Assembly: GCA_009103225.1 (NCBI GenBank)
Contig: RHPI01003009.1
Span: 1 to 35,090, forward strand
DNA: 35,090 nt
Reading direction: 5' to 3'
From: Chlorokybus atmophyticus
Lineage: Eukaryota; Plantae; Mesostigma and Chlorokybus algae
This document shows positions 1 through 10,969 of the stretch, one piece after another (position 1 is the first letter of the stretch; the number at the start of each line of letters is the position of its first letter). The position numbers and the translations under genes are program-made. The notes beneath the pieces were generated by a model. The model was not told where the DNA came from. It worked only from the letters and a program-made list of their open reading frames with translations, and ran no database searches.

Positions 1-279
1 GCAGGCACTCCCGGTGGTGCAACTCCTGGAGGTGCCAATCCCGGGGGTTGCACTCCCGGTGGCAATGGCGGCATCTGCATGCAGGCCTCTTTTAGTGCTT
101 ATCCGGCCAGTCGGCAACGATGACACTTCCACCTCAGTTGGTGAGACCGGTGGCAAGCCACCAGACACGGCCCTTGAAGGTTTATTGTCTGAATTTTCTG
201 ATGTGATTCAAGCTGAACTGCCTGCATTGCCACCTGAGAGGGACGTCTGGCATACGATCCCTCTAGAGACTGATGCGCA

Positions 280-1130
280 GCCTCCGTTCAGACCTGTGTA
301 TAGGCTGAGTCCAGCTGAGTATGCGGACATGGAGGGGCAGATCAAGGCCTTTCTTGAGAAGGGATTGATTGAGCCAAGTAGCTCTCCTTTCGGAGCACCC
401 ATTCTTTTCGTACCTCAGAAGGACGGCAGGCTACGCATGTGCGTAGACTCTAGGGCCTTGAACAAGCTCACCATCAAGAACAGGTATCCGCTGCCAAGGA
501 TAGATGATTTGCTTGATCAATTGAGCGGTGCCTCAGCTCCTTGGATCTCATCTGTGGGTACCATCAGATCCGAATCACACCGGAAGATGTGCGCAAGACA
601 GCGTTCAGAACGCTAGTGGGACACTTTCAGTACAAAGTGTTGCCTTTTAGTCTGACGAATGCGCCAGCCACATTTCAAGCTATGTTGAACCGTGTGTTTC
701 ACAAGCTGATCGGGAAGACAGTGCTTGTATATCTTGATGATATATACTTGTGTTCAGCAAGGATGCTAACATGCACGTCGCGCAAGTGCGCGAGGTGTTG
801 GAAACGCTGCGTGCGCACCGTTTCTATGCTTACATGCCCAAGTGCGAGTTTGGCAAGAAGGAACTAGAGTTCCTCGGGCACATTGTGAGCAAGGAGGGCG
901 TGCGCCCTGACCCAAGGAAGGTTGCCAAGGTCAAGGATTGGCCTAGTCCCAAGAATGTGCACGAACTGCGCGCATTCTTAGGCTTGAGCAACTACTTCCG
1001 CAAGTACATTCTGGGTTACTCATCGCGTGTTGCCCCTCTTACTAATCTGTTGCGTGACAAGGTCTTGTGGAGGTGGTCACAGAGGCGGCAAGAAGCCTTT
1101 GCGTCCATCAAAGAGGCTTTGGTGACAGCG
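280..1130 (+). pseudogene. Reverse transcriptase domain of the Ty3/gypsy element (frameshifted)
   Basis: [83 protein letters not shown]. Boundaries are approximate. Confidence 0.93.
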
Positions 1131-1159
1131 CCTGTGTTGCAGCTGCCGGACTTCACCAA

Positions 1160-1512
1160 GCCCTTTGAGGTAAACTGTGATGCCTATGTTGAAGGCACTG
1201 GTGCTGTGTTGCTCCAGAGTGGGCACCCTCTTGCTTATGCTAGCAAGAAGTTCTCTCCTGCTGAGAGGAACCATACAACAGCTGAGCAAGAGTTGTTGGG
1301 GGTAGTCCATGCGCTACAAGAGTGGCGTTGCTATCTAGAGGGGGTGGAAGGCGAATTTAGTGTGATCACGGACCACAACCCCTTTGTTTTCTTTCAGACC
1401 CAACCAACCTTGTCGAGAAGACAAGCGAGGTGGGCTGAGTACTTGTCGAGATTCAACTTTACCTGGGTTTATAGAGCAGGGAGAGTGAATGTGGCAGACC
1501 CTTTGAGCCGTT
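1160..1512 (+). pseudogene. RNase H domain of the Ty3/gypsy element
   Basis: FEVNCDA..GAVLLQ.GHPLAYASKKFSPAERN..ELL.VVHALQEWRCYLEG..TDHNP..RQARWAEYLSRF..NVADPLSR. Confidence 0.92.
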
Positions 1513-1899
1513 CACCATTGCTGTTGGCAGTGACAACACGTGCACGTGCACGAAGCCAAGGGTGGGCACAAGCAAGTGATGCTAGTGCCAGTACTTTCGA
1601 GTTGCCATCTGTGCATGAGCAAGCTGTCAATGAGACACCAGTGGCAACAGAGACCAGCGAGATGCCAACTGAGCTCGAGAGAGCAGACAGTGAAGCACCG
1701 TTGGTAGTGCACGAGCCAAGTGGGGAGGACCCAATGGCCGTTGATGTGGAAGACATCATACAACGTTTGCCTAGTGCTTATGCACTTGACACATGGTTTG
1801 TTGAGTTGCTGAAGCAGGCAGACAACAAGATCACTTGTCACAAGGGCCTCTGGTACCGTGAGGGCAAGTTGATAGTGCCAAATGCACTCGGCTTGAGGA

Positions 1900-2937
1900 A
1901 GAGTGTCTGTTTGAGGCACACAATTTCGTGTACGGTGGGCACATGGGAATGGCAAAGACCATCAAGCAGCTGCAGAGACAGTATTGGTGGCCGAGCGTGG
2001 GTGCTAATGCATCAAATATGTCGCGTGTTGTGACACTTGTCTAAGAGACAAGGCCTCGCACAAGAAGCCAGCAGGGTTGCTGAAGCCCTTGGCTATTTCC
2101 AACTATCAACGGGAGAGTGTGAGCATGGATCTAATCACAGATCTACCTGTAACAAAGAAGGGACACAGTGCTGTCATTGTCTTTGTTGATCGCTTGACCA
2201 AGATGGTAAAATTTGAGCCCTGTCGCACAGACATTGATGCGCAAGAGTTTGCGTTTGTCTTTGTGAACTCGGTGTTCAGATCACACGATGTACCCAAAGA
2301 GTTGGTGTCTAACCGTGACCCCAAGTTTGTGAGCCAGTTCTGGCAGGCTGTGTGCCGGTACTTAGGGACTAAGCAGAGCTTGAGCACTGCTTACCATCCA
2401 CAGAGTGACGGACAGACGGAGCGCGTCAATCAGGTGTTGGAAGATGTGCTACGCCACTACACGTCCCCCAGGTTCGATGATTGGGATGTGTACCTGCCAC
2501 TTGCTGAGTTCGCTGTGAACAACGCATGGCATGAGTCGCTAAGAAGCACTTCTTTCTATCTGAACTACGGTCGTCATGTGTTGACACCCATGTCTCTGAA
2601 TGTCGATTCATTCAGCAAAGTGCCGATGGCTAGAGACTTCACAGAGAGCATACCTGCCTCGTTGGCACATGCAAAAGACTGCTTGAGAGCAGCACAAGAC
2701 AGGCAAAAGATGTATGCCAACAGGCAACGTATGCCTGGAGATGAGCTCCAAGGTGGAGATCAAGTGCTGTTGAGCTCGAAGAACATTCGACTAAAAACAA
2801 GCGGGGTACGCAAGTTGCTACCAAGATGGCTGGGTCCATTCCGCATCACCGACAGTGTTGGTGACCGTGCCTTTCGGCTTGACTTGCCGAAGAGCATGCG
2901 AGTACATGATGTGTTTCATGTAGCACTGCTGAAACAG
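1900..2937 (+). pseudogene. Integrase of the Ty3/gypsy element (Zn-binding region broken, core and GPY/F region readable)
   Basis: SMDLITDLP, VFVDRLTKMVKF, STAYHPQSDGQTERVNQVLED.LR, LPLAEFAVNN, KLLPRWLGPFRI, HDVFHVALLK. Confidence 0.92.
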
Positions 2938-2955
2938 TAGTAGTAGTAGTAGTAA
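2938..2955 (+). repeat. (TAG)5TAA microsatellite forming six stacked stop codons between integrase and chromodomain
   Basis: cag tag tag tag tag tag taa, read directly from the sequence. Confidence 0.95.
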
Positions 2956-3010
2956 GAGTGACGGTCCAATGCAACCCCCTCCCCCTCCACTTGAGGTTGA
3001 GGGCGATCTC

Positions 3011-3174
3011 GAGTATGAGGTCGAGGCCATTGTTGGCAAACAGTTCAGAAAGTACAAGAAGAACTTTCAGATCCAATACTTGGTGAAGTGGCTTGGTTAT
3101 GGCGAAGAGCATAACAGCTGGGAGCCGAAAACCAACTTGGCAAACTATGCTGCCTTGTTGGAGGAGTTTGAGAA
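3011..3174 (+). pseudogene. Chromodomain at the integrase C-terminus (canonical group-I-like)
   Basis: EYEVEAIV...YLVKWLGYGEEHNSWEP..NL. Confidence 0.9.
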
Positions 3175-3685
3175 TGAGCTCAAATCCACAGGTGCCACTT
3201 GAGAGCGTGTGCTCAGAGCTACTAGTGCTCAGCCTGTAGGAGCATGTGCACATGCCCACAGCATCTTCATGTGACATACCAACACCGCATGCACTGGTAC
3301 ACAGTATCAGAGTTGGTTGTCACTCCCACGACTTGCACTACTTTCACGTGAAGCACTGCCACTCAGTTAGGCCTGGCCAGCCTGGCTGCGATTTGTGCGG
3401 GACTAGTGTCCCACCCTTTTGCAACGCGGTCGTTGCAATGCAAGTGTGGAGGAATGTCACGCCCACAGGGCAGGCAAAAGTCATTCTCTGTCCCTTACTT
3501 ATGTGGTAAGTAAGATGAGACCAAGTGGGGACCCACACTACGCAAGCATGTGTAGTGCTTGTGGGTGTGCTCTCATGTAGGTCTGCTCTAGAGCCTGTGC
3601 AGCCTTGAGCATGATGAACTACACAAGGCATGATGGCAAGCACAGGGCTGATCATAGCTGATGAGACATCATGTGATGCAAAGAG

Positions 3686-3860
3686 ACATATGTGTGCATA
3701 TGTCCGCATGTGTATGCATGTGTTTACATATGTGTGCACATGTACGCATATGCGTGCATGAGAGGTATGTACTAGATGTATGCATGTATATGCATGCATG
3801 CGCATATGTGTGCATATGCGCGCATATGTAAGCATTAGGATGCATATGTATGCATGAGTA
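3686..3860. repeat. Alternating purine/pyrimidine low-complexity tract (CATATG/TGCA-rich) downstream of pol
   Basis: catatgtgtgcatatgtccgcatgtgtatgcatg... Boundaries are approximate. Confidence 0.8.
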
Positions 3861-3981
3861 TGATGTCCTAGGCTGATGTGACCAGCCAAGGACGATCACA
3901 ACGTCCAAGGATGATGTGTGTGATGTCCTAGGCTGATGTGACCAGCCTAGGGACGTTTACAATGTCCGAGGCTGATGTGTG
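3861..3981 (+). repeat. Two-copy tandem repeat, period 60 bp
   Basis: tgatgtcctaggctgatgtgaccagcc starts at 3861 and at 3921; the downstream halves are similar but diverged. Confidence 0.9.
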
Positions 3982-4521
3982 ATCAGTCTTGGGCGTTGAA
4001 AGAGGTCCAAGGGCTGATGTGGCAGCCCCAGACATGAGTTGTGGTCAACGCAGCCATGACAAGGCATGTAGCCTTGGACTTGGATGTTCTAGGTCGGAGA
4101 GCAGCAAAGAGAGGGTATATGAATGGCCTCAACATGTGTTGAGGCAGCTCATGTGCATACTCGACTCTTGTGTGTGGGGTGCCTAGTTTAGTTGTTCAAG
4201 GGGCTCTCCCTCTCATCCCATGTGGGGTGTGATGTCTGTGGCAGCTTTGCACATGTGTGCGAGGTGTGCTTGAGTGTGTGAGTGTGTGGGAGCTGAGTAG
4301 AGAGGTTGGTGTCATCCTCTCCTTCCTTGGTGCGGTGCTGTGACTTCCTCTGCACGGTACTGCACCAGTGACGCTGGTAGGGCTTCCAGTAGTAAGTCCT
4401 TGTGCTTGTGCATAAGTTCGCCAAGCCGCCCAGCAAGTAAGTGAGTAGTATCGTTACATTGCCACACAACCCCCAACCACAACCGTCATCACACTCACCC
4501 ACTCCTTAAAACGCCGATGTT

Positions 4522-4716
4522 GGCATTGCGGCTCCACATGTTTTGGTTAAGTACTCTTGCGCACATGACCCAGAGGAGGTATGCTCCTAGGAAAAACAAC
4601 CCAACTGGTTTCCAAACACATTCAAAAGCGCAACCGGTCTGTTGTGACAGCGGCAAGTAGGAGACGGGGGTCCAAAAACTATTTTGAGCGCCATTGCCCA
4701 GAAGAGCAGGTCCTGC
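4522..4716 (-). pseudogene. Decayed copy of the last TSPO exon, including its splice acceptor
   Basis: Collinear with about 8640-8836. KPVGLFFLGAYLLWVMCARVLNQNMWSRN vs KPAGLFFLGPYLLWVAFAGVLNWSIWRRN. gcag acceptor retained at 4716-4713. Confidence 0.85.
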
Positions 4717-4869
4717 CCTTACCAGTGCAATCATTGAATATACACAGCTACATGTACACATATGTACAAGTTAACCGCACACTCACACCAGTGCGCGCCT
4801 AGCCCGCGTGTCCACGCCGCCAAGGTTGTGCAACCGTCGTTGTCGTAACCTAAACTGGCCTCCCCTCTC

Positions 4870-5640
4870 TTTCGTAGGCCATGGCGAGTAGCGCATCCAC
4901 CATTCAGTCATTGGAGGGCCCAGTGCATTTACTGAATGCCAGCCACACGTAATAGACGTTCAACAAAGGGCACATTGCATTTGAGCTGTACGTTCAGCTC
5001 ATATTCCTGCTGAACACCAGCACTGATTCCTGCCATATGCGAAACAACGATCTCGCGAGCACAATAGCTTTCCTCTCGCTAATTGTGGCCCACCTACGCG
5101 TCTACACATGAAGCAAGTCAGAAAAGCACGTCAGATTTTAGGGTATCACGCGCAAACGAGTGCAATCCAACAAGTGCGCACCCTTAACAACTACATGTAA
5201 AGCTGCACTCTTTGCATTTTCGTTGAATCTCAGACCATGGCATGTGAAGGACACGTGCACGTGGCGTTCAAGGCTTCAGCCATTAACCAAACCTTGCTGT
5301 TGCGGGCTCTCCTCATGATGTGCCTCTTATCGGCGCTACTAGTAGGCCTCATAAAGCTGTTTTACATTTCCTGAACATTATCAATCAACAGGGTGTCACG
5401 CGCTTGGGCCCATTCTTTCAAGCAGTATCTCTCCGCAAATTGCACAAGGCAGGAGCTCTTCCCTGCTTCTGCAAGTTGCCTATTTGACATTGCCCAATAT
5501 CTATCAAAAATGCGCGTGACTTTCTGCTGCATCCGATCCCTCCATAGCTTAAACTGGAGGGAGGCCAGCTCATCATACAAACGGTGCAATCCTTCATACA
5601 TGACATATGTGGCAGCAGGCGCATCTGCAGGGTTGTACCA
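4870..5640 (-). pseudogene. Degenerate coding remnant, possibly a Mutator-like (MULE) transposase fragment
   Basis: ORF 5362..5601 (..IFDRYW..QFAERYCLKEWAQARD..) is protein-like and is followed by broken CTC/CSC..GL.H motifs reminiscent of a SWIM finger. No catalytic motif recognised. Confidence 0.3.
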
Positions 5641-5708
5641 CTCTCAAGTCAGCACAAAGTACAAGACGAATATAAACCAGAAGGAGGGGAAGTAAGTGGG
5701 AGTAAGTA

Positions 5709-5744
5709 GTGCGGTGCGGTGCGGTGCGGTGCGGTGCGGTGCGG
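5709..5744 (+). repeat. (GTGCG)7 pentanucleotide microsatellite
   Basis: Read directly from the sequence. Confidence 0.95.
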
Positions 5745-6077
5745 CTGGTGGAACATAGTTATTTGCAAGACACACACAACTAGACAGCAGTAGCTGACCT
5801 AGGTTTGGAAGGAGGCCTTGTTACTGTGCCGGCTCATCAGCGATGTTATATTTGTGCCAGCTTTAAATGTAGTGTTGGACAACCGCAATCCGACTCACGC
5901 TTTGGCCAACAGGCATGAAGTACTCATCAACCTATATAAAGAACCGCGATGCCTGGTACTGCTCGAGTACGTGAGCCACTTGAACCATGCCTTCCACTCG
6001 TAGAAAGGGTTGCCGACGGCCATGGCCGCTGCCGAGCGGCGCTGTCACGGAATAACTTGAAGTGTGTTTTGCGGCCA

Positions 6078-6414
6078 TGCACAATGGCAATCAGAGAAAT
6101 CCCGGATTTTTGCACTGCTCTGGTACCAATGTAACAAACCACTAAGCCACAAAAGCGCGTAGTGTGTTTTGCGGCCATTGTGGCGTTATTATGTAGTTCA
6201 ACTACATATGTAGTTGAACTTTTGTGGCTTAGTGGTTTGTTACATTGGTACCAGAGCAGTGCAAAAATCCGAGTTCAACTACATATGTAGTTGAACTACA
6301 TAATAACGCCATAATGGCCGCAAAACACACTACGCGCTTTTGTGGCTTAGTGGTTTGTTACATTGGTACCAGAGCAGTGCAAAAATCCGGGATTTCTCTG
6401 ATTGCCATTGTGCA
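6078..6414. repeat. Long inverted repeat (arms 6078-6220 and 6272-6414, one mismatch) whose spacer is itself a copy of part of an arm
   Basis: The arms are reverse complements. Spacer 6219-6271 equals 6337-6389. Each arm ends in the 26-bp perfect palindrome agttcaactacatatgtagttgaact. Extra partial copies at 6061-6078 and about 6535-6592. Confidence 0.95.
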
Positions 6415-7106
6415 GTGCGTCTGGTGGGACTTGAAGTCAGGTCGCTAGAGAAGCACCTCTTGTTAAGAAACCGCATAGCCGATTAGGCTAGCCTCGCGCG
6501 AGGCTAAGTGGGGGGGAATGCCATAATTAAACTCTAACGCCACAATGGCCGCAAAACACACTTCGTGCTTTTGTGGCCTAGTGATTGGTTACAATTATCC
6601 ACTTAAAAAAACACAAGCGGGTTCATCTGCAAGAAGGAGTCGCTCATCACCATATCAAACCCGGTTGACACATAAGCAAAGATGCCCTTGTACTACAACT
6701 AGTAGTGACAGAATGCAGCAACATGCTTTGACATTGCGCAACCTGCAACTTTTTGCGCTTTTTGTTTGTTTCATGTTGATATGTACAGTTAATGTGCATG
6801 TGCAGACTCTAAACAGCTGCGATCAGTTGAGACACGCAGTGTGTCCTGCGTGCATAGGTGGCAATGTGCACATACAGTGACTTAGGGTTGTTGAGTGAAA
6901 GAGACGCTTGTAGTTAGCATCTGAGCCTATGAGTCTGTCGTCATGTTTAATGGGGTATAGGCAGTCGAGAAGGTAAGTAGGTATTGGCTAGGTTAGCAGC
7001 CCGGTGGTCAATGCAAGTGCTTAATGGTGTGGTGAGTAGACTGCTCATGCATATGTGTATCACACTCGTATGCATGCCACAATCCTTGCATTCTATTTGA
7101 TATGCA

Positions 7107-7110
<4 letters not shown>

Positions 7111-7148
<38 letters not shown>
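7111..7148 (+). repeat. (AG)19 microsatellite
   Basis: Read directly from the sequence. Confidence 0.95.
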
Positions 7149-7149
<1 letters not shown>

Positions 7150-7299
7150 ACAGGCTTGCTGCACGCCATGGGTCTACCTGCTGCCGTTAGATGAGCTGGG
7201 GGCTGATTTGCGGCCGCAGCAGGCAGAGGGGAGCCTGGGGCAGCAGCGCTGGCCTGGGCCAGGCCGGGTGAGGTGAAGGCGGGAAGAGAGGGAGGACGC

Positions 7300-8259
7300 T
7301 GGCTTTGTCCGCCCTCGTGCGCTTTGAAGTTTGGCACACTGGGCTGGACGTTCCCCCTCTTTCTGTCTGCCGATTACCACAGTCGTCACAGTGGCCCGCC
7401 CACAAGCGCTGCCGTCTGCAAATGCCCGCTCAGTCACCCCCATGGCCTCGACACAGGAAAGAACGCATGAGTGCAGCGTCGGATAGCATGCATTGAGGAA
7501 GGCAACGGTCAATTGGACGCTGTGATACTTGACCCATGTGCATGCAACCGACCAATGTGGGGAATGTTGTACCTAGGTAAGCTTTGCGTTATAACTGTCG
7601 TCCCGCATGATGCTATGCATGAGCAAGTCAATAACTGAATTACATGGGAGCAGTGAGTTTCTGAGCTGTCAATCAGCAAGAGTGTCCTGCTGGTAATGCG
7701 AGCGACTGGCGCTACTCTGTCGACCCATGCAACACCACATCCACAGCCTATTTGTATATTATGCTGTTGGCATTGAGTGATTGTGATCCTTCGAACAATA
7801 CAGTAATGTCCTTCAAGTCGCGACTTGCTGGCGTTTGCATCCAAATCACTCAGCTAGCTATGCAGCATTGGGTTCACTTTTATGCAGGATGTTGCAACAA
7901 GGTTGGTCAATCACAGCCCACTTTTGCTACTAGATATGGGCGGAAATACCACGATCACCCCGCCGCCGACACATCCCCTCGCCGCCGAGACGCACGGCAC
8001 CCTGGGCCAGAGTTTTCACGACGTCATCGAAACATGCGCTAGGAGGGCACTGGCTGCACGTGACCTGCCATTGCGCAGGCTATCGGGTTACTTGGCTCTG
8101 TACCGGCAGCGCGTGTCTTGCGCGCTGCAGCGTGCCCAGGGCATCACCATCCTGGAGCGGGGGGCGGCAGTCGTAGCGGCAGTACCAGGCTTGGGTCCGG
8201 TCCAGACGGCGGCGCCAACAGCGGAAGCGGACGCTGTGCTGGCGGCTGCGGCAGTGTAG
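7300..8259 (+). mobile_element. 3' remnant of a non-LTR retrotransposon with a restriction-like endonuclease (CRE/R2-group-like C-terminus)
   Basis: PLAAETHGTLG....RQRVSCALQRAQGITILER resembles the P(F/L)..ET.G..G...QRLS.ALQRGNA..IL tail of RLE elements. The upstream part is broken by stops. No RT seen. Confidence 0.55.
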
Positions 8260-8604
8260 TTGTGTAGGCGTGCATGCATGCCGCTGGCATGCGTGTGAGT
8301 ATGCTTATGCAGTGGTAGGCAGGGATGACACGTAGCGTGGTGTGACGATGTTGCTGTTAGTGGAAAAAGAAGACTAGAACCAGCTGCGTGCCTGCTTCTC
8401 ACAGCCCTGATGGCTCACATGGATGCAAGCCTGTCCTATACCACCACCAATTCTGCAAGCGCATGCAATGCACACCGAGTTCCACATGACTGACACCGAA
8501 ACCAACACGCCATAAACGCAACGACAACAACAGCAGTATCAATACTATACACAACAGTCACAACACAACCAATCACATCTCTCACAACACTCTACACATG
8601 CTTT

Positions 8605-10385
8605 CTAGGAGGCTGCGGCCGGGTACGCTGCCGGGTTATCCACGTTGCGTCTCCAGATGCTCCAGTTCAGTACTCCCGCGAACGCGACCCACAGTAGGTA
8701 CGGTCCTAGGAAGAATAGTCCAGCTGGTTTTGAGACGCGACCAAAGGCGCGACCGGTCGCGACCACAGCGCCAAGAAGGAGAAGAAGGTCCACAAACGCC
8801 ACGCCGAGCGCTTTTGCCCGGAAGAACAGGGGCTGCAGGAACAGAGAAAGAGAGACATTTGATAGTATACAATTACACTGAGTCACACGACAAGTGTTGC
8901 GTGTAGATGTATTAGTATTGCAGTCGAGCAATGTGCACAAATACCCTTTTGTGGATGCATTAGTGTACAAGTAATGTGAGTCTTGTCCACGCACATGCAA
9001 AACCACGCATGAACAAGACAACACACACGCACGTACGCGCGCGCGCATACAAGCATATGGACACTTGTGTTACTACCTGAGTGACCAAGCCTGACTACCA
9101 CAAACAAATGCAAACAGTAGGACTGTACAGCAAGCTTGCAACAGCCTGACTACCGCACGTATCCAGGTAGCAATTGGCGGAGGCAACAATCGCTCAAACA
9201 AAACGGTAACAAGAACCTTGCACACAAACAACCAGTATACCACACGAATACTTCTCACTGACACATGTGCACGCCCAGCCACACACGCATGCACATACAC
9301 ACACAGAGCAACAACAAAGTGCAACTTTCCCTCTCTCACCTGCCACAGTAGGTTGAGCACGAGGTTGATCGCGTACAACTTCAGCGGTCCATTCGCCGCC
9401 GGCAGTCCTCCCGCAATGCTCCACACTAGCCAACTGGCAACGCCCATTCCGGTGTAGATGACGCTCCAGGCGAATCCGAACAGCGGCGCGGGCGGGGTCC
9501 ACGCGGGCTTGTCGAGGTCCTTGCGGTACCAGCGACCGGCGATGTCGGGGGCGCAGATCAGGGAGACGAGGACGCCCAACACGTTCGGAATGGCCACGGC
9601 AACTGTGGCAGGGTGTGTGTGGGTGGGTGGGTGGGTGTGGGTGCGTGGGTCCGTGTTTGTGTGGGTGCGTACGCACGTGTATGTGTGCGCGTGCCAATGT
9701 GCGTGTGGGCGTGCTTGTGCATGCATGCACGCCAAGTGCCTGTGCGCACACGTGTGCGTGCGCGTGCTTCTGCGCTTGTGCGTTCTAAATGAGAAGGTGG
9801 CTTGCGTGGATGGATAGGCAATCAACTAAGCATATGCAATGCTGGATGTTCGCAGTAACATTGAATGAAACCAAAGCTTGACAGCTCCACATGGTGACAT
9901 GTGCAAGGCACGAGTGACATGGCCAGAATGGAAGCTTACTTGCGAGTGTGCGGATGGTGGTGGAGTTCAGCGCCGCCCTGGTGACCTTCTTCACGCTGTC
10001 TTTGGCGTTGTCCACGGCCTGCTTGGTGTTGTCATTTTGCCTCAGAGGGTTGCTGTTGCCCACCCTCTGCTGCAACTGCTGCGGCTGCGCCATCCTCCCG
10101 CCCCTGTTCAAGACGAACTGCACAAGCAAGCCGAGAGGCGCATTGGCAATGCTGATGAGCAGTATGACGACAAGCACAAGCACCAGGACGATGTCAAAGA
10201 GGACGGAGGCGGTCAAGGAGGATGGCCAACATGACTGCACGCATGCGCACCTTGCGTGAAGCAAGCAGAGCTGCCGCTGGGGCCGCGCTGTTTCGCCTTC
10301 TGTGGAGGGAAGAAGAGGACGACGAGGGCAAGGACAACGTCCGGAAGGTGGTGGAGGTAGACAATGTCGCCGCCGCCAACGCCAT
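8605..10385 (-). CDS. TSPO: TspO/MBR family translocator protein, 267 aa; exons 10385-10251, 10117-9940, 9602-9340, 8832-8605
   Basis: WYRKDLDKPAWTPPAPLFGFAWSVIYTGMGVASWLVW, LNLLWQ|PLFF, AGLFFLGPYLLWVAFAGVLNWSIW. GT-AG introns with matching phases 0/1/0. Exon 1 is less certain; an alternative start is Met 10093. Confidence 0.9.
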
Positions 10386-10463
10386 GGCTTCAAACTGCAG
10401 CTTGTCCAACACGTCTAAATCTCGCGTCAATGGAATAGCGATCTCAATCCGAAATCTCGAGTC

Positions 10464-10512
10464 TGACGTGGCTGGATAGAGACGAAGGTGCAGCTCAACG
10501 TGCCACGTGGCA
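10464..10512. promoter_or_regulatory. Paired G-box/ABRE-like elements (TGACGTGGC 10464-10472, TGCCACGTGGCA 10501-10512) in the TSPO/MBL divergent promoter
   Basis: Motifs read directly, about 80-125 bp upstream of the TSPO ATG. Function is inferred. Confidence 0.45.
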
Positions 10513-10969
10513 GCAACGAGGCGGCGGGTGAGGACCACGACAACGGCGACAACGACCACCACCACGACGACAACGAAGACGAAAACGACGCTAATTAACC
10601 AACTACTCCCGCAGCCGCGCATAACTCGAACTTCACTGACCTTGTCTTCCTAGAGAAGATTGTCAGTCGGTAGCAAGCTATCAACAGCAACATTGATTGC
10701 ACTGACAGCGCCTGAGTAGATTGGTATAATATTGAGCTGTCACTTTGTGCGATCTCTGTGGCAATGTGTGTGTACACTGTTCGTGTGAATGGGTGCCTTC
10801 TGGCTTTGCATGTGCTCACTGTCTTACTGCGTGCATGCCTGTGCGTGATTTCAGGTGCAAAGCCAAGGTGGAAGGCATCAATTACGCTTGTCCGCTCAAT
10901 CAACTCTCACCAGACCAGCGCCTTTAGTTTCAACAGCTGCATTCAAGATTGGCCTTCACCACTCTGGCT

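Larger units (their letters stand above)
1..3202 (+). mobile_element. Ty3/gypsy LTR retrotransposon pol (chromovirus type), degenerate; 5' part lies outside the window
   Basis: Domain order RT-RNaseH-integrase-chromodomain across ORFs 14..616, 541..867, 750..2033, 2077..2940 and 2969..3202. Frameshifts near 535, 750 and 1905, a stop at 2042 and stops at 2938-2955. Confidence 0.96.

Noticed and set aside
3344-3908. His/Thr/Cys/Met-rich ORFs here and over many introns (e.g. 11625-11930, 16419-16946, 17221-17625)
   Set aside because: They are artefacts of stop-poor alternating CA/TG repeats.
3861-3981. Regularly spaced repeats here and at 27421-27600 as CRISPR-like arrays
   Set aside because: They are tandem whole-unit duplications without unique spacers, in a eukaryotic context with no cas genes.
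6489-6506. 18-bp palindrome as a Helitron 3' hairpin
   Set aside because: No CTRR terminus at the expected distance on either strand and no Rep/helicase remnant.
10386-10622. Val-rich hydrophobic extension upstream of the TSPO Met 10385
   Set aside because: It derives from a (GTC/GTT)n-like low-complexity tract and overlaps the G-box region, so it is more likely UTR or promoter.
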